Positions 18,230 through 28,312 of a stretch of 64,000 nucleotides of DNA are shown in pieces. Numbering within the stretch: position 1 is the first letter of the stretch; the number at the start of each line of letters is the position of its first letter. The DNA is from Dehalococcoidia bacterium (GTDB lineage: Bacteria; Chloroflexota; Dehalococcoidia; Lucifugimonadales; UBA2985): assembly GCA_965263185.1 (NCBI GenBank), contig OZ253588.1, forward strand, positions 1,665,454-1,729,453, written 5' to 3'. A program made the translations under genes and the position numbers. The notes under the pieces were generated by a model. That model worked only from the letters and a program-made list of their open reading frames with translations. It was not told the DNA's origin and searched no databases.

Positions 18230-19345
18230 ATGACACAGCAAAACGAATCGCCGTCAGCCGAGCTTAAGCGCACCTCCCTGTTCGAGGAGCACGCATCCTC
18301 CGGCGCGCGCCTTGTGCCCTTCGCCGGTTGGGAAATGCCAATCCAGTACACCAGCATCCTCTCGGAGGCCAGAGACGTGCGCTCCAAGGCGGGAATCTTC
18401 GACGTGTCCCACATGGGGCGGCTGGAGGTTACCGGCGCGGACTCGCCCCGGTTCTTTCACCGGCTGGTGACTGCGGACGTGGTCAATATGCCACTGGGCC
18501 GCGCCCGCTACACCCTGGTCTGCAACGAGCAGGGCGGCATCATTGACGACACCATTCTCTACCGGATGGGAGATGAGCGGTTCATCTTTATTGTCAACGC
18601 ATCCAACGCGGACACCGTTCTGGACTGGCTGAATCGATGGCGCGATGAGTGGGCGATGGACGTCGACATCAACGTCCGCACCCGGGAGACGGCTCTTATT
18701 GCCCTGCAAGGCCCCTTGGCCCAGGGCATACTTCAGCCGATGTGCTCCGTGGACCCGTCCTCCATCAGGCCGTTCCGCGCCGTGGAGAGCCAGGTATCCG
18801 GGTTCGCGGCCGTAGTCTGCCGTACGGGTTACACCGGCGAGGACGGTTTCGAGATCATCGTTTCGGCGGAGAACGCGCCGTCGCTCTGGCGCAGCTTCGC
18901 GGACGGAGGCGCGACCCCGTGCGGTTTGGGAGCCAGGGACGTGCTGCGCCTGGAGGCCGGTCTGCTGCTTCACGGGTTGGACATGGACGCCACGCTGACG
19001 CCCTTGGAGGCGGGACTGGAACGCTTTGTAAGCTGGGACAAGGGCGATTTCATTGGACTGGCGGCCCTGCGGGAGATGAAGGAGCGTGGGCTGCCCAGGT
19101 CGCTGGTTGGCTTTCGTCTTGTCGAAAAAGGCATACCGCGGCACGGCTACTCCATCCTGCGCGGGGACGAGTCGATAGGCGCGGTCACCAGCGGCTCCTA
19201 CTCTCCAACCCTTGACATGGGCATAGGATTAGGCTATGTTTCCCCTGAACACTTGACCCCCGGATCCAGGATAGCCATAGACATCCGGGGCAGGCAGGCG
19301 GAGGCGGAGGTGGTCGCGATTCCGTTCTATTCCAGGAAGAGGTAG
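18230..19345 (+). CDS. gcvT: Glycine cleavage system T protein (aminomethyltransferase)
   Basis: [26 protein letters not shown] start, full-length T-protein, operon context. Confidence 0.92.
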   Translation: MTQQNESPSAELKRTSLFEEHASSGARLVPFAGWEMPIQYTSILSEARDVRSKAGIFDVSHMGRLEVTGADSPRFFHRLVTADVVNMPLGRARYTLVCNEQGGIIDDTILYRMGDERFIFIVNASNADTVLDWLNRWRDEWAMDVDINVRTRETALIALQGPLAQGILQPMCSVDPSSIRPFRAVESQVSGFAAVVCRTGYTGEDGFEIIVSAENAPSLWRSFADGGATPCGLGARDVLRLEAGLLLHGLDMDATLTPLEAGLERFVSWDKGDFIGLAALREMKERGLPRSLVGFRLVEKGIPRHGYSILRGDESIGAVTSGSYSPTLDMGIGLGYVSPEHLTPGSRIAIDIRGRQAEAEVVAIPFYSRKR

Positions 19346-19346
19346 C

Positions 19347-19736
19347 ATGTACCCCGCTGACCGGAAATACTCCAGAGAGCACGAGTGGGCCAGGGCCGAG
19401 GATGACGGCATAGTCCGCATGGGGATAACCGACTACGCCCAGGAGCACCTGGGAGACATAGTGTTCTTTGAGCTTCCCCAGGTTGGAGCGGCCTTGACCC
19501 GGATGGAGAAGCTGGGCGAGGTGGAGTCGGTGAAGTCGGTCTCGGACATCTTCAACCCCGTATCGGGGGAGGTGGTGGAGGTCAACGACCTGGTGATGGA
19601 CAGCCCGGAGACCGTGAACGAAGACCCGCATGAGAGCGGTTGGCTTGTGCGAATCAGGCCATCGCAGCCCACTGAGATGGACGACCTCATGTCGGCATCG
19701 GAATACGAATCCTTCCTTGAATCCTTGGACGAGTAG
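19347..19736 (+). CDS. gcvH: Glycine cleavage system H protein
   Basis: YSREHEW..GITDYAQ and lipoyl-lysine motif EVESVKSVSD. Confidence 0.92.
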   Translation: MYPADRKYSREHEWARAEDDGIVRMGITDYAQEHLGDIVFFELPQVGAALTRMEKLGEVESVKSVSDIFNPVSGEVVEVNDLVMDSPETVNEDPHESGWLVRIRPSQPTEMDDLMSASEYESFLESLDE

Positions 19737-19739
19737 CCT

Positions 19740-21068
19740 ATGGACCGGGCCCGCTCGTCCTCCCACTACATCCCCAACACAGACGCCGACCGGCAGGCCA
19801 TGCTCCAGGCCGTCGGAGTCGACTCCCCTGAAGCCCTATTCAAGGACATACCAGAGGGCTACGTACGCCCGTCGTTGAACATCCCCGCTCCCCTCTCGGA
19901 GCTGGAACTTCGAAGGGAGCTTCAGGCGCTCTCAGACCTCAATATGAACGCGGCCAGTACGCCCTCCTTCCTGGGAGGCGGAGCGTACCACCACTTCATT
20001 CCGGCAGCCGTGAGCCACATAGTCTCCAGGGGAGAACTTGCCACATCCTACACTCCCTACCAACCGGAGGTGGCCCAGGGCACCCTGCAGATCACCTACG
20101 AGTTCCAGTCGCTGGTGAGCCAAATCATGGGTATGGATGTGACCAACGCCGGCATGTACGACGGCGCTACGGCCCTGGCCGAGGCTGCGCTGATGGCCTG
20201 CCGGGTCACGAGCAAGGAGCGAATTGCTGTCCTGGACACCGTCTCGCCCGCTAACCTGTCGGTCATCAAGACATACACCGAACCCCAGGGGCTGGACGTG
20301 TATCTCACCAGTCCCGGCAGCCTGGACATACGAGATGGCACGGCGTGCCTGGTCACGCAAAACCCTAACTTCTACGGCTACCTGGAGGAGATGGACCACT
20401 TGGAGAAGTCCGTCCACGATGCTGGCGCTCTGCTGGTGGTGTCGACCGACCCGGTGTTTCTGGGTATGTTCCACTCTCCCGGCGATTACGGAGCGGACAT
20501 AGCAGTAGCGGAGGGTCAGCCGCTGGGCGTGTCCCTGAGCTACGGCGGCCCATACGTGGGCCTCTTCACCTGCAAGTCCCAGTTCCTGAGACAGATGCCA
20601 GGCAGGATTGTGGGCCGTACCGTCGACACCCAGGGAAGGACGGGATACGTCCTCACACTCCAGACCAGGGAGCAGCACATCCGGCGGGAGCGCGCCACCT
20701 CCAACATCTGCACCAGCGAAGCGCTCGTGGGAACAATGGTAGCGGCCTACCTGGCGTGTATGGGGAAAACGGGGCTGCGCCACATTGCCGAGCTCACCTA
20801 CCACAAGGCCCACTACGCCGCGTCCCTGATAGACCGGATACCGGGCTACAGCCTGCCCCTGGAAGGCGCTTTCTTTCAGGAGTTCGTGGCGCAGTGCCCC
20901 ATCCACCCCTCGGAGGTGAACGCCCGCCTGCTTGAGCGGGGCATCATCGGAGGACTGGACGTCAGCGACCGCATCCCAAACGGGTTGCTGCTGTGCGTAA
21001 CGGAGATGAATACCAGAGAAGAGATCGAGGCTCTGGTGAAGGCACTGGAAGACATCGCCTCGTCCTGA
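19740..21068 (+). CDS. gcvPA: Glycine dehydrogenase (decarboxylating) subunit 1
   Basis: Typical N-terminal P-protein half (HYIPNTDADRQAML..FLGGGAYHHFIP). Confidence 0.92.
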   Translation: MDRARSSSHYIPNTDADRQAMLQAVGVDSPEALFKDIPEGYVRPSLNIPAPLSELELRRELQALSDLNMNAASTPSFLGGGAYHHFIPAAVSHIVSRGELATSYTPYQPEVAQGTLQITYEFQSLVSQIMGMDVTNAGMYDGATALAEAALMACRVTSKERIAVLDTVSPANLSVIKTYTEPQGLDVYLTSPGSLDIRDGTACLVTQNPNFYGYLEEMDHLEKSVHDAGALLVVSTDPVFLGMFHSPGDYGADIAVAEGQPLGVSLSYGGPYVGLFTCKSQFLRQMPGRIVGRTVDTQGRTGYVLTLQTREQHIRRERATSNICTSEALVGTMVAAYLACMGKTGLRHIAELTYHKAHYAASLIDRIPGYSLPLEGAFFQEFVAQCPIHPSEVNARLLERGIIGGLDVSDRIPNGLLLCVTEMNTREEIEALVKALEDIASS

Positions 21069-21114
21069 GCCGAAAAGATGAACAGCCTCACTCAAAGCAA
21101 TAAGAGAGGAATCC

Positions 21115-22587
21115 ATGGACAACCTGGAGCGTGACCGTCGCCTGCTGATGGACCGGAGCGTGGCCGGCAGGATGGGCGCATCGCTGCCCCCCCTGGACGT
21201 GCCGGAGCAGCCCCTGCCATCCAAAGAGCTGCTGCGGGAAGAACTCAATCTGCCGGAGGTGAGCGAGGGCGAGGTGGTGCGGTATTTCACCACCCTGAGC
21301 CAGATGAACTTCTCGGTGGACACCAACTACTATCCCCTGGGGAGCTGTACTATGAAGTACAACCCCAAGATAAACGATGAAGCAGCCAGGATGCCCGGGT
21401 TTTCCCAGATTCATCCCCTTCAGCCCGAAGAGACGGTCCAGGGCGCGCTGAAGCTGGCCTACCTGCTACAGGGCTACATCTCGGAGATAACGGGGATGGA
21501 GGCGACCAGCCTGGCTACCCTGGCCGGCGCTCAGGGCGAGCTGGGCGGAATGCTGATGATACGCGCCTACCACCTCTCTCGCGGCGAAAATCACCGCAAA
21601 ACCGTCCTGGTCCCGGACAGCGCCCACGGCACCAACCCGGCCTCGGCGACCATGTGCGGCTTCCGCGTCCAGAGCATACCCTCGGACAGCAAGGGGAACA
21701 TGGACCTGGACGCCCTTAAAGAGGCCTGCAACTCCGACGTGGTAGGGTTGATGCTGACCCTGCCCAACACACTGGGCCTGTTCGACAACAACATCCTGGA
21801 GATATGCCAGGCCGTCCACGAAGCGGGCGGGTTGGTGTACGGCGACGGAGCGAACATGAACGCCCTTCTGGGCCAGGCAAAGCTGGGCGCGCTGGGCTTC
21901 GACGTTCTCCATCTCAACCTCCACAAGACCTTCAGCACACCCCACGGCGGCGGCGGCCCGGGGGCCGGGCCGGTGTCCGCAGGGCCGCGGCTGGCTCCAT
22001 TCCTGCCATCGCCGGTCGTGGAGCGGTATATCGACAACGATGGCGAGGAGAAATATCGGCTGGGAACGCCGGAGCAGACCGTCGGAAAGACGGCCGCCTT
22101 TCACGGAAACTTCGGGGTGCTTGTGAGAGCCTACACCTACATCCGCAGCATGGGCGCTTCAGGACTCCGTGAGATAAGCGAGAACGCGGTCATCAACGCC
22201 AACTACATCCTCAATCAACTGAAGGACTACTACCACCTGCCCTTTGACCGGCCGTGTATGCACGAGGTGGTATTCTCAGCCAGAAGGCAGAAGGCCAAGG
22301 GCGTGAGCGCGCTGGACATAGCCAAGCGTCTCATCGACCACGGCATTCACCCACCCACGATGTACTTCCCCCTGGTTGTGGACGAGGCCCTGATGATCGA
22401 GCCTACGGAGTGCGAGAGCAAAGAAACGCTGGAGTACTTCATTGAGGTGATGAAGAGCATCGCCCGCGAGGTCGATGAGGACCCTGATGTCGTGAAGAGC
22501 GCGCCGCACTTCACCCCCAACAGCCGCCTGGACGAGGCCAGAGCCGCCCGCAGGCCGGACCTGGGTTGGAGACCGGCGGGGGCGTGA
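21115..22587 (+). CDS. gcvPB: Glycine dehydrogenase (decarboxylating) subunit 2
   Basis: PLP-lysine region HLNLHKTFSTPHGGGGPG. Confidence 0.92.
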   Translation: MDNLERDRRLLMDRSVAGRMGASLPPLDVPEQPLPSKELLREELNLPEVSEGEVVRYFTTLSQMNFSVDTNYYPLGSCTMKYNPKINDEAARMPGFSQIHPLQPEETVQGALKLAYLLQGYISEITGMEATSLATLAGAQGELGGMLMIRAYHLSRGENHRKTVLVPDSAHGTNPASATMCGFRVQSIPSDSKGNMDLDALKEACNSDVVGLMLTLPNTLGLFDNNILEICQAVHEAGGLVYGDGANMNALLGQAKLGALGFDVLHLNLHKTFSTPHGGGGPGAGPVSAGPRLAPFLPSPVVERYIDNDGEEKYRLGTPEQTVGKTAAFHGNFGVLVRAYTYIRSMGASGLREISENAVINANYILNQLKDYYHLPFDRPCMHEVVFSARRQKAKGVSALDIAKRLIDHGIHPPTMYFPLVVDEALMIEPTECESKETLEYFIEVMKSIAREVDEDPDVVKSAPHFTPNSRLDEARAARRPDLGWRPAGA

Positions 22588-22596
22588 CCCTCTGCC

Positions 22597-22953
22597 TTAC
22601 CCCGCGAACTTGTACCCGGCGCCCCACACCGTCTTGATGTACTGGGGGCTCTCCGGGGAACCTTCCACCTTCTCCCGCAGCCTGCGGATGTGCACGGTGA
22701 CGGTGCTGCAATCAACAGGGATGCTGTAGTCCCACACGTTGCGCATAAGCTCCTCCCGCGTGAAGACCTGGCCTGGATGGGAAGCCAGGAAGAGGAGCAG
22801 ATCGAACTCCGTGGCGGTCAGGTGTCTCTTGGCCCCGTCCTTAAGGACCATCCTGGTCTTGGGACTGATGGTCAGTCCATTGAGCCGTAACGTCTCCGTG
22901 TCACCCCACCGGTCCGCCTCATGGGTCTGATCCGGGATTGCGCTGTCAATCAT
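22597..22953 (-). CDS. Stand-alone OmpR/PhoB-type winged-helix DNA-binding protein (no receiver domain)
   Basis: LTATEFDLLLFLASHPGQVFTREELMRNVW....VTVHIRRLREKVE...IKTVWGAGYKF is the Trans_reg_C pattern. Only about 25 aa precede it. Confidence 0.7.
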   Translation of the reverse strand: MIDSAIPDQTHEADRWGDTETLRLNGLTISPKTRMVLKDGAKRHLTATEFDLLLFLASHPGQVFTREELMRNVWDYSIPVDCSTVTVHIRRLREKVEGSPESPQYIKTVWGAGYKFAG

Positions 22954-23093
22954 AGTGTCCTCCTGCCCACAGGGGGTGGTCCTCGCTTGGCGCGCCTGCC
23001 GTCCGTGCGTCAGTGGTCTCTCGATAATATATTATACGTAAGCTCAGCGATAATGGATTCCAACCGGCGCGCCGATTTTGCGGATGCTCCAAG

Positions 23094-23122
23094 TTGACAA
23101 CCCACAGGGCCTATGCTAAATT
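23094..23122 (+). promoter_or_regulatory. Sigma70-like promoter (TTGACA-17 nt-TAAATT, TGC-extended -10)
   Basis: Consensus -35, 17-nt spacer, TGCTAAATT. Lies 167 nt upstream of the otsA ORF start. Confidence 0.4.
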
Positions 23123-23288
23123 GCAAAACAGCCTGTTATCGCGAGAGAGGCCTTCTGTTCGCTGTGCGAAAGTCACCTTCTCCATATCCTGCGGCCGACG
23201 GTTGCTGTTGCCGCGCCGGGTCATACTTCCATGACGGGGTTGAGGTGGTAGATGCCGGAACGGGAGGCTCCATCAGAACTATAGAGCA

Positions 23289-24812
23289 ATGAGAGCCGTC
23301 TCTGCCGGAGAGCGAAGGAGCGCCCGGTTCGTAGAACAGTGTGCCGACATGCTGCGGGAGCGTCGGCTTATACTCGTCAGCAACAGGGGGCCGGTGGAGT
23401 ACCACCTCACCCCTGAGGGCAGTACCCAGGCGCGTCGGGGCAGTGGGGGAGTGGTTACCGCCCTCAGCACACTTACCAACTACGTTGACCTGACCTGGGT
23501 AGCCAGCGCTATGGGGGAGGGAGACCGCCGCGTGGCTCAGCAGGCGGAGGATGGAAGGATAAAGTCTCCCCTTCCCGGCCAGAGCCTCTACCTGAGGTAC
23601 GTGGTAACACCCCGGCGCGTCTATCACAAGTTCTACAACATTTTCTGCAACCCCCTCCTCTGGTTTCTACAGCACTACATGTGGAGCTCTCCGTATACTC
23701 CCAATGTGGACAGCGCCGTATACGATGCGTGGGAGACGGGGTACGTGTCGGTCAACCGGTCCTTTGCGGATGCGGTGGTGGACGAGGCCCGGCACAGCGC
23801 GTCACCCCCATACGTGATGCTCCACGACTATCACCTCTACCTGGCGCCCGGCATGGTGCGCGCAGAGCTGCCCGACGCTCTGATTCAGCATTTCCTCCAC
23901 ATCCCCTGGCCGGACCCCGCCTACTGGCAGATGCTCCCGGCCTTTATGCGGACCGCCATCTGCGAGAGCCTCTGCGCCTGCGACATTGTGGGGTTCCAGA
24001 CGACGCGGGACATGCGCAGCTTCCTCCAGAGCTGTGAGATGTTCCTGGATCAGGCCAAGGTCGATCACATGGGATGCACGGTTACACTGAACGGCAGGAC
24101 AACGGCGGCGCGGTGCTATCCCATCTCCATTGACGTAGAGGAGCTCAGGGGAATCGCCAACTCACCCAGAGCCTTAGAGTACGAGAAAAAGCTCAGGCTT
24201 CTGCTTGGAGAGAAGACCATCGTTAGAGTGGACCGCGTGGAGCCTAGCAAGAACATCGTACGGGGGTTCAGGGCCTACCGCCTCTTGCTGGAGCGCAACC
24301 CGGACTTCGCTGGAAAAGTGAAGTTCCTCGCATTCCTCGTCCCTTCGCGTACCCACATACGGCAGTACCAGAGATACCTTCAGGAGGTGGACGGCCTGGT
24401 CGCCGAGATAAACGAAGCCTTTGGCACGGATGACTGGCAGCCCATAACCGTCTTCTACGAGAACAACTACACCCAGGCTATGGCTGCAATGAAGCTCTAC
24501 GACGTTCTCCTGGTTAACTCCGTTATAGACGGCATGAACCTGGTTGCCAAGGAAGGCCCCGTCGTCAACACCCGCGGAGGCATGCTCGTGCTCTCTGAGA
24601 CCGCCGGAGCCTACTCTCAGCTCTACGAAGGGGCGCTGGCCGTGGCCCCCGCGGACGTGGAGGGCACCGCCCAAGCCCTGTACCAGGCCATAACCGCATC
24701 CGTAGAGGAGCGGGAGAAGCGCGCCAACCTGCTTGCGCAGAAGGTGGAGGAGGAGGACGTGATCCGCTGGATGGAGTGCCAGCTGGAGGACTTGAGAGCG
24801 CTGGTCAGCTAG
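23289..24812 (+). CDS. otsA: Trehalose-6-phosphate synthase (GT20)
   Basis: LILVSNRGPVEY, HDYHL and VDRVEPSKNI motifs. Start could instead be the internal Met at 23349. Confidence 0.85.
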   Translation: MRAVSAGERRSARFVEQCADMLRERRLILVSNRGPVEYHLTPEGSTQARRGSGGVVTALSTLTNYVDLTWVASAMGEGDRRVAQQAEDGRIKSPLPGQSLYLRYVVTPRRVYHKFYNIFCNPLLWFLQHYMWSSPYTPNVDSAVYDAWETGYVSVNRSFADAVVDEARHSASPPYVMLHDYHLYLAPGMVRAELPDALIQHFLHIPWPDPAYWQMLPAFMRTAICESLCACDIVGFQTTRDMRSFLQSCEMFLDQAKVDHMGCTVTLNGRTTAARCYPISIDVEELRGIANSPRALEYEKKLRLLLGEKTIVRVDRVEPSKNIVRGFRAYRLLLERNPDFAGKVKFLAFLVPSRTHIRQYQRYLQEVDGLVAEINEAFGTDDWQPITVFYENNYTQAMAAMKLYDVLLVNSVIDGMNLVAKEGPVVNTRGGMLVLSETAGAYSQLYEGALAVAPADVEGTAQALYQAITASVEEREKRANLLAQKVEEEDVIRWMECQLEDLRALVS

Positions 24813-25632
24813 CGGGCGGGCGGCGGACGTGATACGCCTCTACAATTTGCTCAAGCAGCTCCTCAACCTCGGCGACTCCGCTTAATAGAATGTCTGCTTC
24901 CTGCTCCAGGGCTGCGGGCGTGTTCCGGCCCAGGACTCCCAGGGCAAGACCCGCGCAGACACCCTCGGAAGCAAGGGCATGAAGCGCCCTGAAGGCGTCC
25001 ACGTCCGTGGAGTCGTCCCCCAGGCATATCACACCCCGGAGGCCATACTCTGCCACCAACTCTCTCAGGGACGTCCCCTTGTCCACCTTCACGGGAGGTC
25101 GGACCTCCACCACCAGCTTGCCCTCGGTTATTAGCATACCCTGGGCCTCGTCCATGCGGGCCAGCGCGTTGAGAATGGCCTCCCTGGCCCGTTCGGGGTC
25201 GGGGCTGAGCCGGTAGTGGGCGCTGGCGGACACCCCCTTGTCCTCAACAATCAGCCCGGACACGTCCAGCTCCAGGCGCAGCCTCTCCGCCGTTGCGTGG
25301 ACGCCGAGTACGTGCTCTCTAGCCTCTTCCCTGATCTCCAGCTCGCCGCCTCTCCACGTCTCCAGGCCGTGATTGCCTTTGTATACTATGCCGCTTATGC
25401 CAACCATTTCCACGGCCTTGGGAGCGCTCCTCCCTGTAAGGACCGCCACCAGGTCAATGCTTGAGGCCAGGGATTCCAGCGACCTGCGACACCGTGGCGA
25501 TACCAGGGTCTCTTCAGGGGTGGGTGTAATAGGCGCAATGGTCCCGTCTACGTCTGTGATCAGACCGACTGGTGGTTGGCCCAGCGCTTCCTGGACCCGG
25601 TGGAAGTGGTCGGGAACGTACAGCTTGTCGAT
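24805..25632 (-). CDS. otsB: Trehalose-phosphatase (HAD), start codon non-canonical or unresolved
   Basis: HAD motif I LITDVDGTIAP lies upstream of the first ATG/GTG/TTG (25449). The frame is open back to 25744 with no canonical start. ATC at 25632 follows AGGGAGA. 3' end overlaps otsA by 8 bp. Confidence 0.7.
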   Translation of the reverse strand: MDKLYVPDHFHRVQEALGQPPVGLITDVDGTIAPITPTPEETLVSPRCRRSLESLASSIDLVAVLTGRSAPKAVEMVGISGIVYKGNHGLETWRGGELEIREEAREHVLGVHATAERLRLELDVSGLIVEDKGVSASAHYRLSPDPERAREAILNALARMDEAQGMLITEGKLVVEVRPPVKVDKGTSLRELVAEYGLRGVICLGDDSTDVDAFRALHALASEGVCAGLALGVLGRNTPAALEQEADILLSGVAEVEELLEQIVEAYHVRRPPAS

Positions 25633-25654
25633 GGGTCTCCCTGTCGCAGTCCGG

Positions 25655-27082
25655 CTAGGCCGGCGATGGTTCCGGCTCCGGGCCCGCGGTGGCGGCTTTT
25701 GGGGCGGGCCGCCGAGCGATGAAGAGGAAGGCTGTGCCCAGTATCAGCGCCACGATAAAGCTCATGAAGGCGATCTGGTAGCTGTCGGTAGTGTCATAAA
25801 CCCATCCGGCGTAGATTGGCCCAACCACCGTGGCGGGAATGTGGCAGAGTTGCATCCAGCCCCGGACGGAGGCAAAGTTCCTTCTTCCAAAGTACTCGCC
25901 GACGATGGCCATGAACACCGGAATGGCGCCGCCGTAGGCAATGCCGTAGACCAGCACAAACAGCCACACCAGGAACGTGTTGGTGGCGTTGGCAAGTATG
26001 AAGATGCCCAGGGCCTGAAGCAGTGTGCAGGCGATGAGCACGTACCGCTTCTCAACGTAGTCCCCAAGTATGCCGAAGCCCAGACGTCCCACCAAGCTTA
26101 TGGTGACCATTGCCCCAAGCGCTGCGCTGGCCTGTACCAGCGGGATTGCCCGAACGTTGGTGAGGTAGTTCACCTCGTGGATCACCACGGAGGTCATGGC
26201 AACCGCCCTGGCGGTGGTGCCCAGCACCAGCATCCAGAAGGCCAGTGAGGCGAGGGCTTCCTTGATGGAGAAGTCCTGATCGGTGGGAGGCTCCTTTGCG
26301 GAGAGCAGCCAGCGGCGTCGGTTTTCGCTTGGAGCCTCGACCTGAGCGGTCTGTGCGACTACGGGAGCGCCTCCGGGGAGCGGTTTGTCCTCTCTCTGCG
26401 GCTCTTCGCCGTCTGGGAGGTAGCCATACTGCTCCGGTTTGTGCCGTAGTAGCATGGAGAGCGGAATCACAATGAGGAATATCCCCACTCCGGCGAGGAA
26501 CGCCGCAGTCCGCCAGCCATAGCCGTTTACTACCCAGCCCAGGGCGAACACCGTCAGGCCGCTGCCGCCGGCCCCCAGGGAGAAGACGGCGAAGGCTCGG
26601 GACCTCTTCTTGATGAACCATGCGTTGACAGCTGCCTGGCTGGCATGGCCGAATCCGGTGTTATACCCAATGGACATCCATCCGGCGTACAGCAGGACAA
26701 AGATTACGAAAGCGCTGAGGTGAACGGGCCCAATATCCAGGGAGGTGACCCGGCTCATTAACATGAAGCCCGTGCCTGCGATTACCGCCCCGATTACGGC
26801 CATCCTGCGCGGCCCAAATTTGTCTACCGCCCAGCCTATGATTGGGCCCTCAAGGCCGCCCTCCAGTCGTGAGAGGGAGATGACGGCGGCGCCTGCGGCT
26901 GCGCTCCAGCCAAACTCGTCCAGCAGGACCTTGAAGAAGATGGGAAAGCCGTAGAACCAGACTCCAGCGCCATAGACGTTGATGGCGGCCGCGGCGGCTA
27001 CCACGTACCAGCCGTAGAAGAGCCCTCTGCGCTGCGTAGGTTCAGCGAGGACGGCCACTTCGGCGCTTGAGGTCTCAGCCAT
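25655..27082 (-). CDS. MFS transporter
   Basis: 12-helix pattern with a central hydrophilic loop. Substrate unknown. Confidence 0.8.
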   Translation of the reverse strand: MAETSSAEVAVLAEPTQRRGLFYGWYVVAAAAAINVYGAGVWFYGFPIFFKVLLDEFGWSAAAGAAVISLSRLEGGLEGPIIGWAVDKFGPRRMAVIGAVIAGTGFMLMSRVTSLDIGPVHLSAFVIFVLLYAGWMSIGYNTGFGHASQAAVNAWFIKKRSRAFAVFSLGAGGSGLTVFALGWVVNGYGWRTAAFLAGVGIFLIVIPLSMLLRHKPEQYGYLPDGEEPQREDKPLPGGAPVVAQTAQVEAPSENRRRWLLSAKEPPTDQDFSIKEALASLAFWMLVLGTTARAVAMTSVVIHEVNYLTNVRAIPLVQASAALGAMVTISLVGRLGFGILGDYVEKRYVLIACTLLQALGIFILANATNTFLVWLFVLVYGIAYGGAIPVFMAIVGEYFGRRNFASVRGWMQLCHIPATVVGPIYAGWVYDTTDSYQIAFMSFIVALILGTAFLFIARRPAPKAATAGPEPEPSPA

Positions 27083-27210
27083 CTGTCACCTTCTCTGCCA
27101 TCCGGCGTGGCTCTGTAGACGGACGGCTCCGCGCTTCCCGTTCCGGCGTTCTGCCCACCTGTTCGGGCTCATACGTTAGGAGGACTTGCCGCAGTCGGCG
27201 AGAGCAGAGG

Positions 27211-27987
27211 TCAGTCCTCCTCTTCCTCCTCCCAATCTTCATCCTCTCTCTGGGGAGCTGCCGTCCTGGTGGACAGCCTGGGCAGCAACGCTCCGGCATG
27301 GTCGTGCCTGGTCTTGCGGGGAGGCATCTCATGGATGTCCTTCTGCATTTGAGCCGCATCCTCAATCTTCATGCTCCTCAGGTCAACAACCATCCCTTGG
27401 ACACCCACGTCCCGGAGCACGGCCAACTCGCCCGGGTTCAATGGGTGGGAGCGCAGGAGAAGAAGGGGCTTGGAGATGAGGTCTATCACGGAGCGGACCT
27501 GCATCAGATCCTTTACGGACAGTGGGCAGGCCTCTTCCAGGCCGATCAGGAGCACGCCGTCCACGGGTATCTCCTCCAGGGAGTGGCCCAGCTCCTCCGG
27601 GAACTCCACGGGTATGGCTATGAACCTTCCCAGCTCCTCGTCTGCCAGCGCTTCCGCCGGCGCGTCCAGGGCCGAGAAAACAAAGAAGTCCGCGCCCTCC
27701 TGCTTGAGGTCGTTCAGGGAGGCGGACGTGAGGCTATTGGGCCATAGCCCCCACAGGGCGTCTCCCACCGCGCTCCTGGCGGCCTCCAATTCGGACTTCG
27801 CTGCCTTTTCCGCGGCTATGATGTAGGAGTCTACCTTGAGCTTGGAGTCGACCGTCGCCGACTCGATCCCCGATAGAGCCGCCAAGACCAAGCTGGGCGC
27901 CTTTTCCGCAACTCGATTGGCCCCGAAACCCATCGGAGTCGGCGCAACGGCGCCAACCTTTTCCAGACGCTCAATCAGCTTGCTCAA
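27211..27987 (-). CDS. Hypothetical protein with acidic C-terminal tail (..REDEDWEEEEED)
   Basis: Long ORF without competing frames. No family recognised by eye. Confidence 0.6.
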   Translation of the reverse strand: MSKLIERLEKVGAVAPTPMGFGANRVAEKAPSLVLAALSGIESATVDSKLKVDSYIIAAEKAAKSELEAARSAVGDALWGLWPNSLTSASLNDLKQEGADFFVFSALDAPAEALADEELGRFIAIPVEFPEELGHSLEEIPVDGVLLIGLEEACPLSVKDLMQVRSVIDLISKPLLLLRSHPLNPGELAVLRDVGVQGMVVDLRSMKIEDAAQMQKDIHEMPPRKTRHDHAGALLPRLSTRTAAPQREDEDWEEEEED

Positions 27988-28106
27988 ACCACCTCCTCCG
28001 GAGGGTTGGAACCCTCAGGAAAGCATAGGCCACTCCAAGACCATACCTTGAAATGGCAGTTGAATTCTGCAGGACGCGCCACGCGCCTTGCTCAGGACGC
28101 GCCCAG

Positions 28107-28250
28107 CTAGTCTGAAGAGGGCAGCCTGCGCGCATCCTGCAAGGCCATGTCCTTGTCACAGCACGTTACCGGACCTTCGCCGGCCTTGGTGCACAGGGCC
28201 ACGGTGCCGCAGGTCTCACACTGATACCTTTTACCAAGATCATTCGCCAT
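28107..28250 (-). CDS. 47-aa desulforedoxin-like zinc/iron-ribbon protein
   Basis: MANDLGKRYQCETCGTVALCTKAGEGPVTCCDKDMALQ.. has the CxxC...CC pattern of the desulforedoxin / Dfx N-terminal domain. GGAGG SD 7 nt upstream. Below the ORF-track cutoff. Confidence 0.55.
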   Translation of the reverse strand: MANDLGKRYQCETCGTVALCTKAGEGPVTCCDKDMALQDARRLPSSD

Positions 28251-28312
28251 GTTATAACCTCCTGCCTCCGGCCCACTCCCGAGGCGCTCTGGAGCAGGCC
28301 GATGTCTTGTGT

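Noticed and set aside
19932-21326. Very long antisense ORFs. This one is 464 aa; others include 201..1295(-), 5825..7174(-), 10339..11343(-), 34875..35651(+), 35287..36114(-), 41315..42001(+) and 45030..45728(+).
   Set aside because: Each lies opposite a gene with clear conserved motifs (gcvPA/PB, TPP enzyme, AAA ATPase, metG, lepA and so on). Their translations are Arg/Pro/Gly/Ala-rich with no recognisable domains, the usual stop-poor antisense frames of GC-rich DNA.
23106-23120. Identical 15-mer AGGGCCTATGCTAAA shared with 38044..38058, considered as a dispersed repeat element
   Set aside because: A single 15-nt match is about what chance predicts in a 64-kb window (order of one pair). It is kept only as part of the weaker promoter-motif observation, not as a repeat family.
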